NCBI GenBank assembly: GCA_032718475.1
Contig: JAUCBJ010006616.1
Coordinates: 27,891-91,890 of the forward strand
DNA from: Nemertoderma westbladi
Taxonomy: Eukaryota; Animalia; Xenacoelomorpha
DNA length: 64,000 nt
Direction: 5' to 3'
Shown here: piece by piece, positions 1-15,200 of the stretch
How the letters are laid out: the number at the start of each line of letters is the position of its first letter
How positions within the stretch are numbered: position 1 is the stretch's first letter
Translations under genes and position numbers: made by a program
Notes under the pieces: generated by a model
What the model was told of the DNA's origin: nothing
The model's database searches: none
What the model saw: the letters and a program-made list of their open reading frames with translations, nothing else

Positions 1-3000
1 GTTCCTTTAGAACAAGAAACTTCTCTGTACCCTGAAACGAAAACTATTTCTTCAGAATTAGACATTGCTGACAGATTTGAAATTCCAGTTGTGAAAGGTG
101 ACGCGTTAGAGACAACTTTACTTGAAGAAGAAACTGAACCAATTTCGGATTTGGAAAGTTGCATAGAAAAAGCACCTGTAACAGAACCTATTTCTCCCAC
201 TGAAGGGGCAATTTCCACCGGAGTTCCTACAATTGAAACACATGATGTTGAATCTGTGGTTGACATTGACGAAGTTGATGTGTGTGAAGCTGATGAAACA
301 GTAATTGACAAGACTTTACCAATGTATGAAGAATCAATGATGACCCCTATGTATTCAGAGATAGAAGTTGATACAAAACATGTTTCACAAGATGTTTCAA
401 CTGTCTCTGTTGTAATTAAGGAAGATATTGATATATTTGCAGAACAGTCAGAGTCTGTAGAGTACACTATTGATGTGAAAGATGACCAAATGTCTATGGA
501 GCAGGAGTCATCAATCATTAGATTACCTGAAGAAACTCAAATTGAGATTAAAGATGAATCAGTGTCTGAACTTCCTTTAGAAAAAGAAACTTCTCTGTAC
601 CCTGAAACGAAAACCATTTCTTCAGAATTAGACACTGCTGACAGATTTGAAATTCCAGTTGTGAAAGGTGACGCGTTAGAGACAACTTTACCTGAAGAAG
701 AAACTGAAACAATTTCTGATTTGGAAACTTACTTAGAAAAAGCTCCTGTAACTGAACCCATATCTTTCACTGAAGGTGTAATTTCATCCGGAGTTCCTAC
801 TGTCGAAACACATGATGTTGAATCTGTTGTTGACATTGACGAAGTTGATGTGTGTGAAGCTGATGAAACAGTAATTGACAAGACTTTACCAATGTATGAA
901 GAATCAATGATGACCCCTATGTATTCAGAGATAGAAGTTGATACAAAACATGTTTCACAAGATGTTTCAACTGTCTCTGTTGTAATTAAGGAAGATATTG
1001 ATATATTTGCAGAACAGTCAGAGTCTGTAGAGTACACTATTGATGTGAAAGATGACCAAATGTCTATGGAGCAGGAGTCATCAATCATTAGATTACCTGA
1101 AGAAACTCAAATTGAGATTAAAGATGAATCAGTGTCTGAACTTCCTTTAGAAAAAGAAACTTCTCTGTACCCTGAAACGAAAACCATTTCTTCAGAATTA
1201 GACACTGCTGACAGATTTGAAATTCCAGTTGTGAAAGGTGACGCGTTAGAGACAACTTTACCTGAAGAAGAAACTGAAACAATTTCTGATTTGGAAACTT
1301 ACTTAGAAAAAGCTCCTGTAACTGAACCCATATCTTTCACTGAAGGTGTAATTTCATCCGGAGTTCCTACTGTCGAAACACATGATGTTGAATCTGTTGT
1401 TGACATTGACGAAGTTGATGTGTGTGAAGCTGATGAAACAGTAATTGACAAGACTTTACCAATGTATGAAGAATCAACGGAGATCCCTATGTATTCAGAG
1501 GTAGAAGTTGATTCAAAAATAGTTTCAGAAGATGTATCAACTTTCTCTGTTGACATTAAGGAAGATATTGATATATTTGCAGAACAGTCAGAGTCTGTAG
1601 AGTACACAGTTGATGTGAAAGATGACCAAATGTCCATGGAGCAGGAGTCATCGATCATCAGATTACCCACTCAGTCTCAAATTGATATGAAGGATGAATC
1701 AGTGTCTGATATTCCTTTAGAACAAGAAACTTCTCTGTACCCTGAAACGAAAACTATTTCTTCAGAATTAGATGCTGCTGACAGATTTGAAATTCCAGTT
1801 GTGAAAGGTGACGCGTTAGAGACAACTTTACCTGAAGAAGAAACTGAAACAATTTCTGATTTGGAAACTTACTTAGAAAAAGCTCCTGTAACTGAACCCA
1901 TATCTTTCACTGAAGGTGTAATTTCATCCGGAGTTCCTACTGTCGAAACACATGATGTTGAATCTGTTGTTGACATTAACGAAGTTGATGTGTGTGAAGC
2001 TGATGAAACAGTAATTGACAAGACTTTACCAATGTATGAAGAATCAATGATGACCCCTATGTATTCAGAGATAGAAGTTGATACAAAACATGTTTCACAA
2101 GATGTTTCAACTGTCTCTGTTGTAATTAAGGAAGATATTGATATATTTGCAGAACAGTCAGAGTCTGTAGAGTACACAATTAATGTAAAAGATGACCAAA
2201 TGTCCATTGAGCAGGAGTCATCAATCATTAGATTACCCACTCAATCTCAAATTGATATGAAGGATGAATCATTGTCTGATGTTCCTTTAGAACAAGAAAC
2301 TTCTCTGTACCCTGAAACGAAAACTATTTCTTCAGAATTAGACATTGCTGACAGATTTGAAATTCCAGTTGTAAAAGGTGACGCGTTAGAGACAACTTTG
2401 CCTGAAGAAGAAACTGAACCAATTTCGGATTTGGAAAGTTACATAGAAAAAGCACCTGTAACAGAACCTATTTCTGCCACGGAAGGGGCAATTTCCACTG
2501 GAGTTCCTACAATTGAAACACATGATGTTGAATCTGTTGTTGACATTGACGAAGTTGATGTGTGTGAAGCTGATGAAACAGTAACTGACAAGACTTTACC
2601 AATGTATGAAGAATCAATGATGACCCTTATGTATTCAGAAGTAGAAGTTGATACAAAACATGTTTCACAAGATGTTTCAACTGTCTCTGTTGTAATTAAG
2701 GAAGATATTGATATATTTGCAGAACAGTCCGAGTCTGTAGAGTACACTATTGATGTGAAAGATGACCTAATGTCTATGGAGCAGGAGTCATCAATCATTA
2801 GATTACCTGAAGAAACTCAAATTGAGATTAAAGATGAATCACTGTCTGAACTTCCTTTAGAAAAAGAAACTTCTATGTATCCTGAATTGAAAACTATTTC
2901 TTCAGAATTAGATACTACTGACGGATTTGAAATACCAGTTGTGAAAGGTGATGCCCTAGAGACAACTTTATCTGAAGAAGGAACTGAAACAATTTCTGAT

Positions 3001-6000
3001 TTGGAAACTTACTTAGAAAAAGCACCTGTAACTGAACCCATATCTTTCACTGAAGGTGTAATTTCATCCGGAGTTCCTACTGTCGAAACACATGATGTTG
3101 AATCTGTTGTTGACATTGACAAAGTTGATGTGTGTGAAGCAGATGAAACAGTAACTGACAAGACTTTACAAATGTATGAAGAATCAACGGCGACCCCTAT
3201 GTATTCAGAGATAGAAGTTGATTCAAAAATAGTTTCAGAAGATGTATCAACTTTCTCTGTTGACATTAAGGAAGATATTGATATATTTGCAGAACAGTCA
3301 GAGTCTGTAGAGTACACAGTTGATGTGAAAGATGACCAAATGTCCATGGAGCAGGAGTCATCGATCATCAGATTACCCACTCAGTCTCAAATTGATATGA
3401 AGGATGAATCAGTGTCTGATGTTCCTTTAGAACAAGAAACTTCTGTGTACCCTGAAACGAAAACTATTTCTTCAGAATTAGACATTGCTGACAGATTTGA
3501 AATTCCAGTTGTAAAAGGTGACGCGTTAGAGACAACTTTACCTGAAGAAGAAACTGAACCAATTTCGGATTTGGAAAGTTACATAGAAAAAGCACCTGTA
3601 ACAGAACCTATTTCTGCCACTGAAGGGGCAATTTCCACTGGAGTTCCTACAATTGAAACACATGATGTTGAATCTGTTGTTGACATTGACAAAGTTGATG
3701 TGTGTGAAGCTGATGAAACAGTAACTGACAAGACTTTACCAATCTATGAAGAATCAATGATGACCCCTATGTATTCAGAGATAGAAGTTGATACAAAACA
3801 TGTTTCACAAGATGTTTCAACTGTCTCTGTTGTTATTAAGGAAGATATTGAAATATTTGCAGAACAGTCCGAGTCTGTAGAGTACACTATTGATGTGAAA
3901 GATGACCAAATGTCCATGGAGCAGGAGTCATCAATCATTAGATTACCCACTCAGTCTCAAATTGATATAAAGGATGAATCAGTGTCTGATGTTCCTTTAG
4001 AACAAGAAACTTCTCTGTACCCTGAAACGAAAACTATTTCTTCAGAATTAGACACTGCTTACAGATTTGAAATTCCAGTTGTAAAAGGTGACGCGTTAGA
4101 GATAACTTTACCTGAAGAAGAAACTGAACCAATTTCGGATTTGGAAAGTTACATAGAAAAAGCACCTGTAACAGAACCTATTTCTACCTCTGAAGGGGCA
4201 ATTTCCACTGGAGTTCCTACAATTGAAACACATGATGTTGAATCTGTTGTTGACATTGACGAAGTTGATGTGTGTGAAGCTGATGAAACAGTAACTGACA
4301 AGACTTTACCAATGTATGAAGAATCAATGATGACCCCTATGTATTCAGAGATAGAAGTTGATACAAAACATGTTTCACAAGATGTTTCAACTGTCTCTGT
4401 TGACATTAAGGAAGATATTGATATATTTGCAGAACAGTCAGAGTCTGTAGAGTACACAATTGATGTGAAAGATGACCAAATGTCCATGGAGCAGGATTCA
4501 TCAATCATTAGATTACCCACTCAGTCTCAAATTGATATGAAGGATGAATCAGTGTCTGGTGTTCCTTTAGAACAAGAAACTTCTCTGTACCCTGAAACGA
4601 AAACTATTTCTTCAGAATTAGACACTGCTGACAGATTTGAAATTCCAGTTGTGAAAGGTGACGCGTTAGAGACAACTTTACCTGAAGAAGAAACTGAACC
4701 AATTTCGGATTTGGAAAGTTACATAGAAAAAGCACCTGTAACTGAACCTATTTCTGCCACTGAAGGGGCAATTTCCACTGGAGTTCCTACAATTGAAACA
4801 CATGATGTTGAATCTGTTGTTGACATTGACGAAGTTGATGTGTGTGAAGCTGATGAAACAGTAACTGACAAGACTTTACCAATGTATGAAGAATCAATGA
4901 TGACCCCTATGTATTCAGAGATAGAAGTTGATACAAAACATGTTTCACAAGATGTTTCAACTGTCTCTGTTGTAATTAAGGAAGATATTGATATATTTGC
5001 AGAACAGTCAGAGTCTGTAGAGTACACAATTGATGTAAAAGATGACCAAATGTCCATGGAGCAGGAGGAGTCATCAATCATTAGATTACCCACTCAGTCT
5101 CTAATTGATATGAAGGATGAATCAGTGTCTGATGTTCCTTTAGAAGCAGAAACTTCTCTGTACCCTGAAACGAAAACTATTTCTTCAGAATTAGACATTG
5201 CTGACAGATTTGAAATTCCAGTTGTGAAAGGTGACGCGTTAGAGACAACTTTACCTGAAGAAGAAACTGAACCAATTTCGGATTTGGAAAGTTACATAGA
5301 AAAAGCACCTGTAACAGAACCTATTTCTGCCACTGAAGGGGCAATTTCCACTGGAGTTCCTACAATTGAAACACATGATGTTGAATCTGTTGTTGACATT
5401 GACGAAGTTGATGTGTGTGAAGCTGATGCAACAGTAACTGACAAGACTTTACCAATGTATGAAGAATCAATGATGACCCCTATGTATTCAGAGATAGAAG
5501 TTGATACAAAACATGTTTCACAAGATGTTTCAACTGTCTCTGTTGTAATTAAGGAAGATATTGATATATTTGCAGAACAGTCAGAGTCTGTAGAGTACAC
5601 AATTGATGTAAAAGATGACCAAATGTCCATGGAGCAGGAGTCATCAATCATTCGATTACCCACTCAGTCTCAAATTGATATGAAGGATGAATCAGTGTCT
5701 GATGTTCCTTTAGAACAAGAAACTTCTCTGTACCCTGAAACGAAAACTATTTCTTCAGAATTAGACATTGCTGACAGATTTGAAATTCCAGTTGTAAAAG
5801 GTGACGCGTTAGAGACAACTTTACCTGAAGAAGAAACTGAACCAATTTCGGATTTGGAAAGTTACATAGAAAAAGCACCTGTAACAGAACCTATTTCTGC
5901 CACTGAAGGGGCAATTTCCACTGGAGTTCCTACAATTGAAACACATGATGTTGAATCTGTTGTTGACATTGACGAAGTTGATGTGTGTGAAGCTGATGCA

Positions 6001-8877
6001 ACAGTAACTGACAAGACTTTACCAATGTATGAAGAATCAATGATGACCCCTATGTATTCAGAGATAGAAGTTGATACAAAACATGTTTCACAAGATGTTT
6101 CAACTGTCTCTGTTGTAATTAAGGAAGATATTGATATATTTGCAGAACAGTCAGAGTCTGTAGAGTACACAATTGATGTAAAAGATGACCAAATGTCCAT
6201 GGAGCAGGAGTCATCAATCATTCGATTACCCACTCAGTCTCAAATTGATATGAAGGATGAATCAGTGTCTGATGTTCCTTTAGAACAAGAAACTTCTCTG
6301 TACCCTGAAACGAAAACTATTTCTTCAGAATTAGACATTGCTGACAGATTTGAAATTCCAGTTGTGAAAGGTGACGCGTTAGAGACAACTTTACCTGAAG
6401 AAGAAACTGAACCAATTTCGGATTTGGAAAGTTACATAGAAAAAGCACCTGTAACAGAACCTATTTCTGCCACTGAAGGGGCAATTTCCACTGGAGTTCC
6501 TACAATTGAAACACATGATGTTGAATCTGTTGTTGACATTGACGAAGTTGATGTGTGTGAAGCTGATGAAACAGTAACTGACAAGACTTTACCAATGTAT
6601 GAAGAATCAATGATGACCCCTATGTATTCAGAGATAGAAGTTGATACAAAACATGTTTCACAAGATGTTTCAACTGTCTCTGTTGTTATTAAGGAAGATA
6701 TTGATATATTTGCAGAACAGTCAGAGTCTGTAGAGTACACAATTGATGTGAAAGATGACCAAATGTCCATGGAGCAGGAGTCATCAATCATTAGATTACC
6801 CACTCAGTCTCAAATTGATATGAAGGATGAATCAGTGTCTGATGTTCCTTTAGAACAAGAAACTTCTCTGTACCCTGAAACGAAAACTATTTCTTCAGAA
6901 TTAGACATTGCTGACAGATTTGAAATTCCAGTTGTGAAAGGTGACGCGTTAGAGACAACTTTACCTGAAGAAGAAACTGAACCAATTTCGGATTTGGAAA
7001 GTTACATAGAAAAAGCACCTGTAACAGAACCTATTTCTGCCACTGAAGGGGCAATTTCCACTGGAGTTCCTACAATTGAAACACATGATGTTGAATCTGT
7101 TGTTGACATTGACGAAGTTGATGTGTGTGAAGCTGATGAAACAGTAACTGACAAGACTTTACCAATCTATGAAGAATCAATGATGACCCCTATGTATTCA
7201 GAGATAGAAGTTGATACAAAACATGTTTCACAAGATGTTTCAACTGTCTCTGTTGTAATTAAGGAAGATATTGATATATTTGCAGAACAGTCAGAGTCTG
7301 TAGAGTACACAATTGATGTAAAAGATGACCAAATGTCCATGGAGCAGGAGTCATCAATCATTAGATTACCCACTCAGTCTCAAATTGATATGAAGGATGA
7401 ATCAGTGTCTGATGTTCCTTTAGAACAAGAAACTTCTCTGTACCCTGAAACGAAAACTATTTCTTCAGAATTAGACACTGCTGACAGATTTGAAATTCCA
7501 GTTGTAAAAGGTGACGCGTTAGAGATAACTTTACCTGAAGAAGAAACTGAACCAATTTCGGATTTGGAAAGTTACATAGAAAAAGCACCTGTAACAGAAC
7601 CTATTTCTACCTCTGAAGGGGCAATTTCCACTGGAGTTCCTACAATTGAAACACATGATGTTGAATCTGTTGTTGACATTGACGAAGTTGATGTGTGTGA
7701 AGCTGATGAAACAGTAACTGACAAGACTTTACCAATGTATGAAGAATCAATGATGACCCCTATGTATTCAGAGATAGAAGTTGATACAAAACATGTTTCA
7801 CAAGATGTTTCAACTGTCTCTGTTGTAATTAAGGAAGATATTGATATATTTGCAGAACAGTCAGAGTCTGTAGAGTACACAATTGATGTAAAAGATGACC
7901 AAATGTCCATGGAGCAGGAGTCATCAATCATTAGATTACCCACTCAGTCTCAAATTGATATGAAGGATGAATCAGTGTCTGATGTTCCTTTAGAACAAGA
8001 AACTTCTCTGTACCCTGAAACGAAAACTATTTCTTCAGAATTAGACACTGCTGACAGATTTGAAATTCCAGTTGTAAAAGGTGACGCGTTAGAGACAACT
8101 TTACCTGAAGAAGAAACTGAACCAATTTCGGATTTGGAAAGTTACATAGAAAAAGCACCTGTAACAGAACCTATTTCTGCCACTGAAGGGGCAATTTCCA
8201 CTGGAGTTCCTACAATTGAAACACATGATGTTGAATCTGTTGTTGACATTGACGAAGTTGATGTGTGTGAAGCTGATGAAACAGTAACTGACAAGACTTT
8301 ACCAATGTATGAAGAATCAATGATGACCCCTATGTATTCAGAGATAGAAGTTGATACAAAACATGTTTCACAAGATGTTTCAACTGTCTCTGTTGTAATT
8401 AAGGAAGATATTGATATATTTGCAGAACAGTCAGAGTCTGTAGAGTACACAATTGATGTAAAAGATGACCAAATGTCCATGGAGCAGGAGTCATCAATCA
8501 TTAGATTACCCACTCAGTCTCAAATTGATATGAAGGATGAATCAGTGTCTGATGTTCCTTTAGAACAAGAAACTTCTCTGTACCCTGAAACGAAAACTAT
8601 TTCTTCAGAATTAGACACTGCTGACAGATTTGAAATTCCAGTTGTGAAAGGTGACGCGTTAGAGACAACTTTACCTGAAGAAGAAACTGAACCAATTTCG
8701 GATTTGGAAAGTTACATAGAAAAAGCACCTGTAACAGAACCTATTTCTACCATTGAAGGGGCAATTTCCACTGGAGTTCCTACAATTGAAACACATGATG
8801 TTGAATCTGTTGTTGACATTGACGAAGTTGATGTGTGTGAAGCTGATGAAACAGTAACTGACAAGACTTTACAAATG
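1..8877 (+). CDS. Giant exon, segment 1 (5'-truncated): 190-aa acidic repeat region of a titin-like giant protein
   Basis: Frame 1 is open from base 1 (VPLEQETSLYPETK...); the listed start at 91 is a GTG inside a repeat. No stop occurs until the +1 insertion at about 8878. Confidence 0.9.
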
Positions 8878-9270
8878 ATATGAAGAATCAATGATGACCC
8901 CTATGTATTCAGAGATAGAAGGTGATACAAAACATGTTTCACAAGATGTATCAACTTTCTCTGTAGACATTAAGGAAGATATTGATATATTTGCAGAACA
9001 ATCAGAATCTGTAGAGTATACTATTGACATGAAAGATGACCAAATGTCAATAGAACAGGAGTCTACCGTCATCAGATTACCTGCAGAAGCAAAAACTGTC
9101 TTGGAGGATGATTCGGTTTTCGAACTTCCTCTAGAAACAGCAAATTTTATATTTCCTGAAACAAATATTATTTCCATTGCATTAAACACGGCTGATGAAC
9201 TTGGTCCTCCCATGGTAAAAGGGACTGGGCTGCAATTGAGTTTGTCTGATAGTGATACCGAGCCTATTCC
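1..9270 (+). repeat. Coding tandem array A1, 570-bp (190-aa) unit, about 16 copies
   Basis: The VKGDAL marker recurs at 91, 661, 1231 ... 4651, 5224 (+3 indel) ... 8644, with a diverged copy at 9215. Diagnostic motifs are LPTQSQIDMKDE and ETTLPEEE. Confidence 0.97.
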
Positions 9271-12200
9271 GCAATTGGGCTGTGTTCTTGAGGGAGCTAC
9301 TGCTGTGGGCCAGAAGTATTCTTCAGAAAGTTTTTTAACAAACCGCGTTGAGGTTGAAGGATTAGCATTAAATTCTGCTAGTGTTTTTAAAGATGCTCTT
9401 GTTTCAGTTTTGAATGACAAAACTTTCACATATTTAACCCTAAGTAGTGTGAGTGGAACCTATTTTGATCTTCCCACCGCCATCTCTGTGCCAGTGGAAG
9501 GAATTCCCATTCTATGTAGTATCATTGATAGTGGAGTAGATCATATACTAGAAGATAATGCAATGGCAGCTATTGTGACAGACGTTTGGCCTCTGGATAC
9601 ATACAATGTTATTGAAGATGTCTTGATACATCAGGAGTTGTTATATATTTTGCCTCAGGTTTTGGACGAATATATGTTTGAACTTACAAGTTTAGATGAT
9701 CAAGAAATTTTGCAAGAAACCTCAATAACTCGTGTAGCTAATATTCTTGCGTTGCAAAAGCAGTTGACTTGCATTGTTTATGGATTTCCTGAAGATAATT
9801 TTCCAGAATCATGTGACTCACCAATTGAAGTTTCATCTAGTCCCCTTATTGAAGCTGCCGATCTAATCGATTTTAAAACTTTGTCTTGTAATAAACTCAC
9901 AACTTCTTCCATTATTGAAGGTGTTGCCGAAAATATCCTGAATGCATGTGAAGACACGTTCTGTATAGATTATGAGATACTGCCATCTAATGTTGATGTA
10001 TCAATAGCTGATGCACCACAATTAACTGTAGAATCCTTTACACCTGTAGAACATGGCACAGGATTGGATACTCAAGTTGACGATGAAGACACAGTTTGCA
10101 AATTACCTGAAAACAATTATCAAGCTTCAGTATTGAATGTTGTCGGTGGTACTTGTAATGACATTTGTTCTGTATCTCCTGTTGTAGAAGGTACAGCCAT
10201 ACGTGATATCATAGAAGATAATAGTGTTGAAATGGATTCTGAAATTGTAGTTCCTATGGCCGCAACAACTATTGTTAATGTAGATATGCCAGTTGATGAT
10301 AGGTCTGTGCAAATAACAATTGTCAAAGGTGATGCCGTACAGTCAACTTTATCTGAAGAAGAAACTGAACCTATTTCCGATTTGGAACCTTCCATAGAAA
10401 AAGCACCCATAAGTGAACATATTTCTTCTACTGAGGGTGTAATTTTTACCAGTGCTCCTACAATTGAAACACATGATGTTGAATCTGTTGTTCAAATTGA
10501 CGAAGTTGATGTGTATGAAGCAGATGAAACAGTAACTGACAAGTTTTTACAAAAGTATGATGAATCAATCATAACCCCAATAGATTCAAACATAAATGTT
10601 GATACACAACTTGTATCTGAAGATGTATCAACTTTCTCTGTTGACATTAAAGAAGATATTGATGTATTTGCAAAACAGTCAGAATCTGTAGAGTACACAA
10701 TTGATGTGAAAGACGACCATATTTCAATCGAGCAGGAGTCATCAATCATTAGATTACCCGCAGAAAGTCAAATTGGGATTAAATATGAATCAATGTCTGA
10801 ACTTCCCTTAGAAGAAGATGCTTTGCTGTACCCTGAAGTGAAGACTATTTCTGCTGAATTAAACATTGCTGACAGATTTGATACTCCAGTTGTAAAAGGT
10901 GATGCGTTAGAGTCCACTTTATCTGAAGAAGAAACTGAACCAATTTCGGATTTGGAAAGTTACATAGAAAAAGCACCTGTAACTGAACCTATTTCTGCCA
11001 CTGAAGGGGCAATTTCCACTGGAGTTCCTACAATTGAAACACATGATATTGAATCTGTTGTTGACATTGACAAAGTTGATGGGTGTGAAGCTGATGAAAC
11101 AGTAACTGACAAGACTTTACAAATGTATGAAGAATCAACGGCGACCCCTATGTATTCAGATATAGAAGTTGATTCAAAAATAGTTTCACAAGATGTATCA
11201 AGTTTCTCTGTTGACATTAATGAAGATATTGATATATTTGCAGAACAGTCCGAGTCTATAGAGTACAATATTGATGTGAAGGATGATCAAATGTCTATAG
11301 AGCAGGTGTCATTAATTATCCAAATACCTGCAGAAACTCACAAAGCCATGAAGGATGAGTCAGTGTCTGCTCTTCCATTGGAAGAAGCACCATATTTGAG
11401 CCCAGAATCTGAGGCTATTTCTACAGAACTAGCTGAGGGAATTGATGCTCCGGTTGTAAAAGATGGTGACGCTTTACAATCAAAGCTATCTGAAGAAAAG
11501 ACTGAACCAATTTTGGATTTGGAAAATATCTTAGAACAAGCATCTAATACTGCACCTATTTCATTTTCTGAAAAGGTTATTTCCTCTGGTGTACCTACTA
11601 CTGGAACAGTTGGTGAAGAATCTGTTGTTGACATTGACGATGTTGAAATAAGTGAATCTGATGCCACAAAATTGGACAAGTCTTTACAGAGTTATGATGA
11701 ATCACCAACGTATCCTTTGGATTCTAAGATTGAATTTGAAACAAAACTTGTTTCGCAAGATGTTTCAACTGTCAATGTTGAGATTAAGGACGATATTGAC
11801 ACATTTGCAGAACAGTCCGAGTCTATAGAGTACACTATTGATGTGAAGGATGATCAAATGTCTATAGAGCAGGAGTCATTAATTATCCAAATACCTGCAG
11901 AAACACAAATAGACATGAAGGATGTGTCAGAGTCTGCTCTTCCATTGGAAGAAGCACCATATTTGAGCCCAGAATCTGAGACTATTTCTACAGAACTAGC
12001 TGAGGGAATTGAAACTCCAGTTGTAAAAGATGGTGAGGCTTTACAATCAAAGCTATCTGAAGAAAAGACTGAACCAATTTTAGATTTGGAAAATCTCTTA
12101 GAACAAGCATCTAATACTGCACCTATTTCATTTTCTGAAAAGGTTATTTCCTCTGGTGTACCTACTACTGGAACAGTTGGTGTAGAATCTGTTGTTGACA

Positions 12201-15200
12201 TCGACGATGTTGAAATAAGTGAAGCTGATGCCACAATATTGGACAAGTCTTTACAGAGTTATGAAGAATCAACAACTTCACCTTTGGATTCTAAGATTGA
12301 ATTTGAAACAAAACTTGTTTCGCAAGATGTTTCAACAGTCCATGTTGAGATTAAGGACGATATTGACACATTTGCTGAACAGTCCGAGTTTATAGAGTAC
12401 AATATTGATGTGAAGGATGATCAAATGTTTATAGAGCAGGATTCATTAATTATCCAAATACCTGCAGAAACTCAAATAGACATGAAGGATGAGTCAGAGT
12501 CTGCTCTTCCATTGAAAGAAGCACCGTGTTTGAGCCCAGAATCTGAGGCTATTTCAACAGAACTAGCTGAGGGAATTGAAACTCCAGTTGTAAAAGATGG
12601 TGACGCTTTACAATCAAAGCTATCTGAAGAAAAGTCTGAACCAATTTTAGATTTGGAAAATCTCTTAGAACAAGCATCTAATACTGCACCTATTTCATTT
12701 TCTGAAAAAGTTGTTTCCACTGAAGTTCCAACTGTTGGAACACTTGATGATGAATCTGTTGTTGACATTGACGATGTTGAAATATGTGAAGCTGATACCA
12801 CAAAATTGGACAAGTCTTTACAGAGTTATGAAGAATCAACAACTTCACCTTTGGATTCTAAGATTGAATTGGAAACAAAACTTGTTTCGCAAGATGTTTC
12901 AACAGTCCATGTTGAGATTAAGGACGATATTGACAAATTCGCAGAACAGTCCGAGTCTATAGAGTACAATATTGATGTGAAGGATGATCAAATGTCTATA
13001 GAGCAGGAGTCATTAATTATCCAAATACCTGCAGATACTCAAATAGACATGAAGGATGAGTCAGAGTTTGATCTTCCTTTGAAAGAAGCACCGTATTTGA
13101 GCCCAGAATCTGAGACTATTTCTACAGAACTAGCTGAGGGAATTGATGCTCCGGTTGTAAAAGATGGTGACGCTTTACAATCAAAGCTATCTGAAGAAAA
13201 GACTGAACCAATTTTAGATTTGGAAAATCTCTTAGAACAAGCACCTATCACTGAACCTATTTCATTTTCTGAAAAGGTTATTTCTTCTGGTGTACCTACT
13301 ACTGGAACAGTTGGTGTAGAATCTGTTGTTGACATCGACGATGTTGAAATAAGTGAAGCTGATGCCACAATATTGGACAAGAAGAGTTATGAAGAATCAA
13401 CAACTTATCCTTTGGATTCTAAGATTGAATTTGAAACAAAACGTGTTTCGCAAGATGTTTCAACAGTCCATGTTGAGATTAAGGACGATATTGACACATT
13501 TGCTGAACAGTCCGAGTCTATAGAGTACACTATTGATGTGAAGGATGATCAAATGTCTATAGAGCAGGAGTCATTAATTATCCAAATACCTGCAGATACT
13601 CAAATAGACACGAAGGATGAGTCAGTGTCTGCTCTTCCATTGGAAGAAGCACCATATTTGAGCCCAGAATCTGAGACTATTTCTACAGAACTATCTGATG
13701 GAATTGAAACTCCAGTTGTAAAAGATGGTGACGCTTTACAATCACAACTATCTGATGAAAAGACCGAATCAATTTTAGATTTGGAAAATCTCTTAGAACA
13801 AGCACCTATCACTGAACCTATTTCATTTTCTGAAAAAGTTGTTTCCACTGAAGTTCCAACTGTTGGAACACTTGATGATGAATCTGTTGTTGACATTGAC
13901 GATGTTGAAATATGTGAAGGTGATACCACAAAATTGGACAAGTCTTTACAGAGTTATGATGAATCAACAACTTCACCTTTGGATTCTAAGATTGAATTTG
14001 AAACAAAACTTGTTTCGCAAGATGTTTCAACAGTCCATATTGAGATTAAGGATGATATTGACAAATTTGCAGAACAGTCCGAGTCCATAGAGTACACTAT
14101 TGATGTGAAGGATGATCAAATGTCTATAGAGCAGGAGTCATTAATTATCCAAATACCTGCAGATACTCAAATAGACATGAAGGATGAGTCAGAGTCTGAT
14201 CTTCCATTGAAAGGAGCACCATATTTGAGCCCAGAATCTGAGACTATTTCTACAGAACTAGCTGTGGGAATTGAAACTCCAATTGTAAACGATGGTGACG
14301 CTTTACAATCACAGCTATCTGAAGAAAAGACTGAACCAATTTTAGATTTGGAAAATCTCTTAGAACAAGCACCTATCACTGAACCTATTTCATTTTCTGA
14401 AAAGGTTATTTCCTCTGGTGTACCTACTACTGGAACAGTTGGTGTAGAATCTGTTGTTGACATCGACGATGTTGAAATAAGTGAAGCTGATGCCACAATA
14501 TTGGACAAGAAGAGTTATGAAGAATCAACAACTTATCCTTTGGATTCTAAGATTGAATTTGAAACAAAACGTGTTTCGCAAGATGTTTCAACAGTCCATG
14601 TTGAGATTAAGGACGATATTGACACATTTGCTGAACAGTCCGAGTCTATAGAGTACACTATTGATGTGAAGGATGATCAAATGTCTATAGAGCAGGAGTC
14701 ATTAATTATCCAAATACCTGCAGATACTCAAATAGACACGAAGGATGAGTCAGTGTCTGCTCTTCCATTGGAAGAAGCACCATATTTGAGCCCAGAATCT
14801 GAGACTATTTCTACAGAACTATCTGATGGAATTGAAACTCCAGTTGTAAAAGATGGTGACGCTTTACAATCACAACTATCTGATGAAAAGACCGAATCAA
14901 TTTTAGATTTGGAAAATCTCTTAGAACAAGCACCTATCACTGAACCTATTTCATTTTCTGAAAAAGTTGTTTCCACTGAAGTTCCAACTGTTGGAACACT
15001 TGATGATGAATCTGTTGTTGACATTGACGATGTTGAAATATGTGAAGGTGATACCACAAAATTGGACAAGTCTTTACAGAGTTATGATGAATCAACAACT
15101 TCACCTTTGGATTCTAAGATTGAATTTGAAACAAAACTTGTTTCGCAAGATGTTTCAACAGTCCATATTGAGATTAAGGATGATATTGACAAATTTGCAG

